Of a stretch of DNA of 64,000 bases, positions 50,001-59,905 are shown one piece after another. Origin of the DNA: Macrostomum lignano (lineage: Eukaryota); assembly GCA_002269645.1 (NCBI GenBank), contig NIVC01002040.1:1-64000 (forward strand), in the 5' to 3' direction. The position numbers and the translations under genes are program-made. The notes beneath the pieces were generated by a model. That model was not told where the DNA came from and searched no databases. It saw nothing but the letters and a program-made list of their open reading frames with translations. The first letter of the stretch is position 1; the number at the start of each line of letters is the position of its first letter.

Positions 50001-51143
50001 TGTCGCCAAGGCCCCGACGGTCGCCGGCAGCCCGAGGACTTTCACCGGCTGCACGAGTCGGTTCGCGATATTTACACGTGGCGCAATGTCGCCCTGAGGA
50101 CTGAGTGCGTCTACAGGCGGGTACTCGACGCCGGGGGTCCCGAGCCGACCAGACATAGGCTGGCCAACTATCTCACAGCTTGCGGTCCCGTTGGTGGCAA
50201 AATTTTCCTCATCTTTGCCCTGCTTAATCTGGCGCTTGTCAGGCTGCTGCAGCTGCTGCAACCTGCCGAGGTGGGTCAGGTGTCTGGATAGTTTGTGTCA
50301 GGTGTCTGTACAGTTTGTGTCAGGTGTCTGGATAGTTTGTGTCAGGTTTTTGGATAGTTTGTGTCAGGTATCTGTAAAGTTTGTGTCAGGTGTCCATATA
50401 GTTTGTGTCAGGTATCTGTAAAGTTTGTGTCAGGTGTCTGTATAGTTTGTGTCAGGTATCTGGATAGTTTGCGTCAGGTGTTTGTACAGTTTGTGTCAGG
50501 TGTCCATATAGTTTGTGTCAGGTGTTTGTACAGTTTGTGTCAGGTGTTCATATAGTTTGTGTCAGGTATCTGTAAAGTTTGTGTCAGGTGTCTGTATAGT
50601 TAGTGTCAGGTATCTGGATAGTTTGCGTCAGGTGTTTGTACAGTTTGTGTCAGGTGTTTGTATAGTTTGTGTCAGGTATCTGTAAAGTTTGTGTCAGGTG
50701 TATGTATAGTTTGTGTCAGGTGTCTGTAAAGTTTGTGTCAGGTGTCTGTATAGTTTGTGTCAGGTGTATGTATAGTTTGTGTCAGGTTTCTGTAAAGTTT
50801 GTGTCAGGTGTCCGTATAGTTTGTGTCAGGTGTCTGTAAAGTTTGTGTCAGGTGTCTGTAAAGTTTGTGTCAGGTGTCTGTATAGTTTGTGTCAGGTTTC
50901 TGTATAGTTTGTATCAGGTGTCCATATAGTTTGGGTCAGGTGTCCGTATAGTTTGTATCAGGTGTCCATATAGTTTGGGTCAGGTGTCTGTATAGTTCGT
51001 GTCAGGCGTTCAGTCAGTTGCTTAGGTGTTCTGCATGCAATCACAATTCAATTCCCACGCACCCATTCCAGCGCATTGAGCCGGGCATTGTGCCGGATCG
51101 CAGTAAGCTACGCAACCGGAGCATCCCCTGCGAAGAACAATAA
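47005..51143 (+). CDS. PIGA: Phosphatidylinositol N-acetylglucosaminyltransferase subunit A (GPI anchor biosynthesis, GT4 family). Exons: 47005-47220, 47765-48063, 48931-49046, 49147-49352, 49788-50270, 51072-51143; 463 aa
   Basis: GT-AG introns with phases 0,2,1,0,0. Motifs: [51 protein letters not shown]|[76 protein letters not shown]. The final small exon is less certain. Confidence 0.95.
47355..47740. repeat. 30-bp minisatellite TCATTCCCTGTGTCATTAGTTGGTCATTAA, about 12 copies (PIG-A intron 1)
   Basis: Period 30 seen directly. Confidence 0.95.
48120..48752. repeat. 28-bp minisatellite CAGTTGCTGGGCCAGCCTCCCAGATCCT, about 22 copies (PIG-A intron 2)
   Basis: Period 28; produces the three overlapping pseudo-ORFs at 48077-48824. 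Confidence 0.96.
49378..49710. repeat. G-rich minisatellite of about 20 bp, GGGGTATGGGGAAGGCACAG (PIG-A intron 4)
   Basis: TATGGGGAA at 49501, 49520, 49541 and onward. Confidence 0.92.
50274..51005. repeat. 22-bp minisatellite GTCAGGTGTCTGTATAGTTTGT, about 33 copies, starting 3 nt after the PIG-A exon 5 donor
   Basis: GTCAGG at 50341, 50363 and onward. Confidence 0.96.
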
Positions 51144-51419
51144 CGAAAGTCTTCGGATTGTTCGTCAAGCATTTGCCCCGCACTGCTGCTGTGTCAATTG
51201 CGCTTGCTTATTGTGTACACATTGAATCAGTTAATCGGAAGTCCTATATAAATACACTCTATTGTCTATTGGAATTTGCTTCTGATCATTTCTGTTTATA
51301 TCCTTGCAGTTGCTTTTTACCTACGAGCTAGATTGGTTGTCTCTCTTTCATTGTTTTGTTTCCTGCCGCGGCGACCCTTCTTGTCTTTCTTCTTCTGTAT
51401 GCTCTGTGCCATTCCCACG

Positions 51420-51436
51420 GTCTGTCTGTCTGTCTG

Positions 51437-51507
<71 letters not shown>

Positions 51508-51541
51508 TTTTCTTGTCTGTCTGTCTGTCTGTCTGTCTTTT

Positions 51542-51613
<72 letters not shown>

Positions 51614-51616
51614 TTT

Positions 51617-51660
<44 letters not shown>

Positions 51661-51663
51661 TTT

Positions 51664-51715
<52 letters not shown>

Positions 51716-51870
51716 GCTTGTCTGTCTGTCTGTCTGTCTGTCTTTTTCTTGTCTGTCTGTCTGTCTGTCTGTCTTTTTCTTGTCTGTCTGTCTGTCTGTC
51801 TGCTTGTCTGTCTGTCTCTCTGTCTGCTTGCCTTTTTGTTTGTTTGTTTGTGTATTTCTGTCTTTCTGTC
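51420..51870. repeat. (CTGT)n microsatellite with recurrent TTTTTCTT interruptions, downstream of the PIG-A stop
   Basis: Direct reading. Confidence 0.95.
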
Positions 51871-53723
51871 TTCTCAATTTTTCTTCTGTATTGTGATAGA
51901 GGAGTGCTAGGCCAGAATTAAATATTCTTGTCTTCAGCCGACTGTCTCGCCTGTAAGACTCAAATAAAATAAATTCGCAAAAACTCACTTCTATCTCTCA
52001 AGGGACCGCACATTTTTGTCCGGTGTACGATTTGTGAAAGTTAAAAAATAACTGGCAAGAAAGACCATATGAGGCCTCGCGTTTTATTATCAGACTTAGC
52101 GAAGTTAGCAATCTTCTTTATCTAATAAATTATTTCGTGCTGACTTATCTCATTAGGTATGCAAAGGTAATTGTATATTAGATTTCGTTCGATTAAAAGT
52201 GACTGACCGGTGATACCAGTGCTTGACGAATGTGCAGGGGTGTTAGAGACTGACGGTGAACACTGAACAGAAACCTGATCCAGTGCGTGTCAACCACATG
52301 TAAGCAACCGCCACCCATGCAGGCAGGCAAGCAAGCAGTCCTTGTATTGCCAAGCGTTGCCTTGGCTCCTATCCCCTTTCTAAGGTGTAAATCTCAGCTG
52401 CTACCCTGCTAGTTGCTAGGAGGGCACATTATTAGAATCTGCTTTCATTTACACTATACAAAGAATGGCATTGACGAATTACCATTTAGTCAACTAACAT
52501 CAGCTACATGCACGTCTGCTTAACTACTGCTTGCGTGTTTCTTCAGTTAACATGCTTTTAAATGTGAAGCTGGTTGATTTTTCTGCCAGCCTTAGCCAAG
52601 CACTATGGCATCAGGCAGTTTTGTTGGATGCGTTGGTTGTCTATTTGGTTACATACAATTTACTGGGGTCTGGGACGAAATGTATATTAGAACTGGCATA
52701 TGTATTTGTTTATAATGTACAGAATTAAGAGGGCAAATGTTTCTCTAGAGCAAAATTGGGCGGAGGCCAAGGGAATGAATGAATAGTAGGTCTGCCAGGC
52801 ACGAAATTATTTTAGAATAGCTAAAAGCCAAGGCTACAAATTTGTACAAATAGGCTATGGCATTTGTAGATACAAAGCCATTCGACATATGCGTAGAAGT
52901 TTTATTTATACGCATAGCAATATTATCGTTGTGCAATCAAAACTGAAGCGCGGGGGAGGGAGGTACAATTTCAATGCTATGCTTCCCTTCTTTTTTCTTT
53001 CCTTCTCGTCCCCTTACTTAGGCGCGCGAGGACCTGACGTGACAGACCTTTATCTTATGAATGGAATGTACATTAATTGTACAGTGCCCCGCAAAATGCC
53101 TACCCCAGTATTTCAACGCCGGTCCTCTATCCCCCTCTCTCCGCCTTGTCCTTCTCTCTCTTCACAAACCCCAAACCCACCACCCCCAGTTTGGCAGTGT
53201 ACGCACAGGCTATCATCTATCTACCCCAATACCCTTTCCGTTTCTCATGCCATCCCCCTCCCCAGACCATAATCAGCCCCTGCTACTGGAGTGGGAGGCC
53301 GGCCACGCACAAGTCCGCCCCTCTCTGGCCCTTTCTCAGCGCGCTTGCTGCTACTAAACAGTAAAACGCCCAGCCTTTTAACCAAGCCTGGCCTTCCTCT
53401 TGGCTTGTCTCGATCTGCACTCTCCTTGGAGTCCTCGTTCTCAGTCTCGGTTTCTCTCTCTTTCTTGAGCCAGTCTTCTCTTTTTCCCGGACCTTCTCCA
53501 AATCTCTTAGAAGCGGATACACACATATTGCCCGTTGTTTTGTTTTTATTCCCTTGTCCAGTCGGCATTTTCATTTGTCTTTGGTTGCTATTTTAAAGCA
53601 AACAAGCGCGCATTAAATTATAAAAAATTATATTTATTATCACGGAAAGCCTGAAGCAATTATTATTAAAGCTATAGTGAAGTCAGGCCAGGTGCTGAAA
53701 TAATTATACCAAACAGTGTTGCG

Positions 53724-56700
53724 ATGACAACAGCTCCTAGTGCGAGTACGAGACCAGCTTCTTCAACTTACGGTCTGTCCGACTCTCCCGGAAGCAGCAG
53801 TTCGCTGTTTCTGTCACTCTCCGGAGCGTAAGTTGCAATTCTAAAATTCTTTATTTTAAATGCACTATAGGCTAGGCCTAGTTTTAAGATATTCAACATC
53901 GTTGATTTAGTACCGTGTTAGAATTCTAAAAAATTATATTTCTTGTAGGTTGTAGCTAATCTTTTTTTAAATGATCTTTTAGCTAATAAGTTCCTAATCC
54001 TAAGTTACTTCCTTATTTACATTGTTGAGCTTTGGGTTAGGGTTTACAGCCTCATTGACCCTTTCTACAGATCCCCATTGACACATTTTACAGTAGAGTC
54101 CAGATCCTCATTTACCCATTCAGCAATGAAGTCCAGATCCTCATTGACCCATTCAGCAATGAAGTCCAGATCCTCATTGACTCATTCTACAGCAGAGTCC
54201 AGATCCTCATTGACTCATTCTACAGCAGAGTCCAGATCCTCATTGACTCATTCTACAGCAGAGTCCAGATCATTATTGACTCATTCTACAGCAGAGTCCA
54301 GATCATTATTGACTCATTCTACAGCAGAGTCCAGATCCTCATTGACTCATTCTACAGCAGAGTCCAGATCCTCACTCAGTAAGAGTCGATCCTCAGTGAA
54401 CTGTCGCTCTTGTTGTCTTGCTGTAATAAAACTTAATTCCCAAATCCCCACCCGCTGCAGGGCATCGCCATATTCCTCGAGCGTATCTTGCGGCAATTAC
54501 TCGTTGAGCAATTCAAATTTACCTGAGTCGCCTTGTTATAAGCAGCTAACGCTGTACCACCAGCAGCAGCAACAGCAACAACAATGTCAGCAACAATTTA
54601 ACATTGAGTTGGAAGACTGGCAGTCACATTTCTTGCAGTTTCAGCAGCAGAATCCTAATCAGCATGTTCAGTCATGCTATCAGGCTCCGTCTCAACAGCA
54701 GGTTCTGCAAGTATGCGGCGGTCAGGTAATCATTACTGCTTTATATTTCTTCTGAATCACTTCTTCTGGTTGAACATGTACATGTATCAGATAACATAAT
54801 GCGGCGGAGAGGCGACTGTTGCGTCACAAGCGGTCACGTGACTTGTAGAAATCGTAAGAGTCGTCCAAAAATCCTTGTTTTGACGCTTAACTTTTGCTAG
54901 AGACTACAGTTTACAGCGACTCTAGCGCGCTATTTTACCTCTGTTTTCTGCAACAGCTCTGGGGCGACGCAAGTGAAGTTATTCTTTAACGCCTCTTGGC
55001 CTCTAGGTACCTTTTTCATTGGGATGCTTCAGCCACCCCCACTGATCCTTCAGCTACCCCCACTGTTCATTCAGCTACCCCCACTGATCCTTCAGCTACC
55101 CCACTGATCCTTCAGCTACCCCCACTGATCCTTCAGCTACCCCCACTGATCCTTCAGCCACCCCCACTGATCATTCAGCCACCCCCACTGATCATTCAGC
55201 CACCCCCACTGATCCTTCAGCCACCCCCACTGATCATTCAGCCACCCCCACTGATCATTCAGCCACCCCACTGATCATTCAGCCACCCCCACTGATCATT
55301 CAGCCACCCCCACTGATCATTCAGCCACCCCCACTGATCCTTCAGCTACCCCACTGATCCTTCAGCTACCCCACTGATCCTTCAGCCACCCCCACTGATC
55401 CTTCAGCTACCCCACTGATCCTTCAGCCACCCCCACTGATCCTTCAGCCACCCCCACTGATCCTTCAGCCACCCCCACTGATCCTTCAGCTACTCCACTG
55501 ATCATTCAGCCACCCCCACTGATCCTTCAGCTACCCCACTGATCCTTCAGCTACCCCACTGATCCTTCAGCCACCCCCACTGATCCTTCAGCTACCCCAC
55601 TGATCCTTCAGCCACCCCCACTGATCCTTCAGCCACCCCCACTGATCATTCAGCCACCCCCACTGATCATTCAGCCACCCCCACTGATCATTCAGCCACC
55701 CCACTGATCATTCAGCCACCCCCACTGATCATTCAGCCACCCCCACTGATCATTCAGCCACCCCCACTGATCATTCAGCCACCCCACTGATCATTCAGCT
55801 ACCCCACTGATCCTTCAGCCACCCCCACTGATCATTCAGCCACCCCCACTGATCATTCAGCCACCCCACTGATCATTCAGCCACCCCACTGATCATTCAG
55901 CCACCCCCACTGATCATTCAGCCACCCCCACTGATCATTCAGCCACCCCCACTGATCATTCAGCCACCCCACTGATCATTCAGCCACCCCCACTGATCAT
56001 TCAGCCACCCCACTGATCCTTCAGCTACCCCACTGATCCTTCAGCCACCCCCACTGATCCTTCAGCTACCCCACTGATCCTTCAGCCACCCCCACTGATC
56101 CTTCAGCCACCCCCACTGATCCTTCAGCCACCCCCACTGATCCTTCAGCTACTCCACTGATCATTCAGCCACCCCCACTGATCCTTCAGCTACCCCACTG
56201 ATCCTTCAGCTACCCCACTGATCCTTCAGCCACCCCCACTGATCCTTCAGCTACCCCACTGATCCTTCAGCCACCCCCACTGATCCTTCAGCCACCCCCA
56301 CTGATCATTCAGCCACCCCCACTGATCATTCAGCCACCCCCACTGATCATTCAGCCACCCCACTGATCATTCAGCCACCCCCACTGATCATTCAGCCACC
56401 CCCACTGATCATTCAGCCACCCCCACTGATCATTCAGCCACCCCACTGATCATTCAGCTACCCCACTGATCCTTCAGCCACCCCCACTGATCATTCAGCC
56501 ACCCCCACTGATCATTCAGCCACCCCCACTGATCATTCAGCCACCCCACTGATCATTCAGCCACCCCCACTGATCATTCAGCCACCCCCACTGATCATTC
56601 AGCCACCCCCACTGATCATTCAGCCACCCCACTGATCATTCAGCTACCCCACTGATCCTTCAGCCACCCCCACTGATCATTCAGCCACCCCACTGATCAT

Positions 56701-59700
56701 TCAGCCACCCCACTGATCATTCAGCTACCCCACTGATCCTTCAGCCACCCCCACCGATCCTTCAGCTACCCCACCGATCCTTCAGCTACCCCCACTGATC
56801 CTTCAGCTACCCCACCGATCCTTCAGCTACCCCACCGATCCTTCAGCCACCCGTCAATCACTCACAGACACTTGACAGTCACTATCGAATTACAATGCCC
56901 CCTCTAAGCAACTCTATCAAAATGGAATTGCTACTCAGAACGACCCGACTATCTGGGGCTGCATGGACGAGCTGGCTCAGCCAGAGGACCACCCGGACAG
57001 CCCCGACAAAGAACGACAGCAGCAGCAGCCGCTAGCCTCATTCGAGTCCTACAATGATCTGCCCAATAACTGCGGCTTCACGGTTCGGCCGCAGACTCTG
57101 ACCGAATGCCGCGGTGACAGTCTGCACAATCGAATTTTTGAGCGCGGCGAAAACTACTTTGGCGTGAGTTTAATCCGGATTGAACTTGGTACAGTAGTCT
57201 ATCTTAATGGATCGCCATTATAAACTCGAAATATCATAACTCCGAAAACTAAAATAGCGTTGGGCGTTGCTAGCACTTTCGGGTTTGTAATGCCCCCCGT
57301 TTAAATTAGGGTCTTAGCCTTACCTGAAACTTTACCCTAACATAAACCCCTATTCTAATCCCTAACCCCATCCTAAACCCTAACCTAAACCCCCAACGTA
57401 CCCTAAATCGTTGTGACGTTGTCAGTCAAAAAATTGTCGAACTTCCCATTTCACGAGCTATCTTAACTCAAGCAATACTTTTGTATTAAGAATTAGTTAA
57501 AGAATATTTTTTCCTTAATAAGAGCCTGAATCTTAGAAATCTCATTATTGAGCGCGGTTAATCTTAAAAAAATCCTTAGTGAATGTTATTTTTTAGAAAT
57601 ATCTTTAATTATAAAGCTGGTTCTTAGAAATATCTTTTTAAAAACAGGTTTTTTTAGAAATATCGTTTGTGTAGTGAAATTGCTTTCTTAGAAATGGTTT
57701 CTTAGAAATATCTTTATTGAAAGTGGTTTCTTAGAAATGCCTTTAATAAAAGTAGTTTCCTAGAAATACCCTTGGTGAAAGTGCTTTCTTAGAAATATCC
57801 GCAAATAAAAATTATTGCTTCCAAACTTCCAAACCTTTTAGGATTATTCTTTCTGATAAAAATAGAAAGTGGGATGTTCCTGATAAACACTGTTTGGCGT
57901 CCCTGAAATTAGCGAATAAAAATTGCTTTCTGAGCTATTTCTTAGAATTGCCCTTTTAAACTCTCGCATCTCCCAGTTCAGCGCCGAAGACCGTCAACTG
58001 TTGGAGTCGGCAATCCTGCCCGATACTCAGCCAGCCGGTTCCGACTCTCCCCCCGCCGAGGCCGCCGCCGCCGCTACCGCTTCGCCTAATCCTCTGCTGA
58101 CGCATTTCCCCCGCCGGAAACTGGACGCCGACCTTCGCGTGCCGGCCACCGTCTACCTGGAGGACAAGAGCGGCAAGCGGCATCTAAATCTGGACATCAG
58201 CAGCGAGGTGCCAGTCAGCAAGCTGCTGATTCGTTGCCAGGCCATCGGTTTATTGCCTGGCGACTATCCGCAGCCCTGCTCAACTTGCTCCGTGTCTAAT
58301 GGCCAATTGTTGGTTAGCATCGCCAGTCACAGTTTGGAGGGATTGGTCCACTTGGATCCGGACAGACAGCAGAGCTGCCTGTACTGCACTGGGCTGCCAG
58401 AGGCTGGCAGAATGTGGCTTACGCTGCGCTATAACTGCTGCCAGGTATTTTTGGGGAGGGAGTTGGCGGTGGTTTTTGAGGATTTAGATTATATGCGCGC
58501 CCAGATTTGACTGTATGCACACCCGTTATGTACACCCTGATATGTACACCCTGATATGTACACCCTGATATGTACAACCTGTTATATACACCCGTTATGT
58601 ACATCCTGTTATGTACACCTTGATATGTACATCCTGATATGTACATCCTGATATGTACATCCTGATATGTACAACCTGTTATGTACACCCTGATATGTAC
58701 ATCCTGATATGTACATCCTGATATGTACAACCTGTTATGTACACCCTGATATGTACAACCTGATATGTACACCCTGATATGTACACCCTGATATGTACAA
58801 CCTGTTATATACACCCGTTATGTACATCCTGTTATGTACAACCTGTTATGTACACCCTGATATGTACATCCTGATATGTACATCCTGATATGTACACCCT
58901 GATATGTACACCCTGATATGTACAACCTGATATGTACACCCTGATATGTACACCCTGATATGTACATTCTGATATGTACATCCTAATATGTACACCCTGG
59001 TGTGTACACCTGTTATGAACACCGGCTAAAAACACCCTGATTTACATTCTGATATGTACATCCTAATTTTTGTACACCTGTTATGAACACCGGCTAAAAA
59101 CACCCTGATATGTACATCCTGATATGTACAACGTGATATGTACACTCCGATGCGTGCCAAGCAAAGAGAAAGTAGCAGAAAAATGTAGAGCAGCAAAGCC
59201 ATGAATCGCCATGGATCTCTCTAACCCCACCAGGACCACATGCGCAACAACCAGCGACTCAGCCACCTGGCCCTGGCCAATCTGATCACCGTGATTGAAG
59301 CATTCGACCAGCTCGGCTGTCTGATTGGCCGGGCCAGCTTTCGAGTCCGGGTGGTGGCCTCGCCTGCCCGCGACCTGCTCCGGTTTCTCACCAGCCAGTT
59401 GACCCCAGTCCAGACCGGCTGCACCATCGGCCAATGCACCCACCTGGCTGCCCGCTGGAAGGCCGAACGATTCCGCCAGCTGCCAGCTGCCGATCTTGGC
59501 TGGTGCCTTCGCCAGCTCCGGTTCAAGGAGTCGCTGCGCGCTGAGCTGGAGGCTCAGCTGGAGCAGCCGCAGCCGACTGCAACAAAGCGCCAGCGGCAGG
59601 AGTCCGATCTAAATCCTCTGAGCGAAGACGAGCCACAGCCCAGCAGCCCAGAAGGCTTGCAAATTCTACCCGACGGCAGTATGCTAGTTCGATCGTCTGA

Positions 59701-59905
59701 TGGCGCCAAAATGGCGCGTATTCGCGACGCTATTAACGCCATATTGGCTTCGGAGAGTGGCGCCGAGAAGTCTGTCGCAGTGCGGCCAACTCTTAATTTG
59801 CGCCCGATGCAGCAGGCCGCGCAGCCAGTGCAGCAGGTGATCCATGCTGCGCCCCCGACTTTTCAACCGATTTTGTTAATTCGGCCGTATTGTCAGTTTA
59901 AGTGA
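53724..59905 (+). CDS. Highly divergent p53/p63/p73-family transcription factor. Exons: 53724-53827, 54461-54725, 56879-57163, 57977-58444, 59234-59905; about 597 aa. Symbol left empty because orthology within the family is unresolved
   Basis: GT-AG introns with phases 2,0,0,0. The spliced product contains [13 protein letters not shown] (cf. p63 SNTDYPG..F.V), KLLIRCQAI (cf. TRVRAMAI), QPCSTC (cf. RRCPHH), [17 protein letters not shown]|DHM (cf. [22 protein letters not shown]), and [31 protein letters not shown] (cf. [31 protein letters not shown]). These are followed by an NLS-like KRQRQ and a tetramerisation-like KMARIRDAI. Exons 1-2 are low-complexity and supported only by splice sites and phase. 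Confidence 0.8.
54045..54375. repeat. 33-bp minisatellite CCTCATTGACTCATTCTACAGCAGAGTCCAGAT, about 10 copies (p53-like intron 1)
   Basis: CTCATTC at 54181, 54214 and onward. Confidence 0.93.
55028..56852. repeat. 20/21-bp minisatellite CAGCCACCCC(C)ACTGATC(A/C)TT, about 88 copies (p53-like intron 2)
   Basis: Direct reading; includes a 659-bp higher-order duplication. Confidence 0.97.
57530..57800. repeat. Degenerate repeat built on TTCTTAGAAAT (p53-like intron 3)
   Basis: About 8 recurrences of CTTAGAAAT at irregular spacing. Confidence 0.65.
58513..59145. repeat. 14-bp minisatellite GATATGTACACCCT (p53-like intron 4)
   Basis: Period 14 seen directly. Confidence 0.95.

Noticed and set aside
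52930-53600. Pyrimidine-skewed island with short ORFs on both strands (53061-53596), considered as an LTR or an extra exon
   Set aside because: No TG...CA termini, TSD, PBS or recognisable protein motif found; left unassigned, and a repeat-library search would be needed.
54955-55010. Possible extra small exon of the p53-like gene after CTGCAACAG
   Set aside because: The phase-0 reading hits TAA after 10 codons. The open frame needs a phase-2 acceptor, which does not fit the upstream phase-0 donors.
58513-59145. Autoregulatory p53 response elements in the TGTACA array
   Set aside because: The p53 half-site needs RRRCWWGYYY; GATATGTACA does not contain C-W-W-G.
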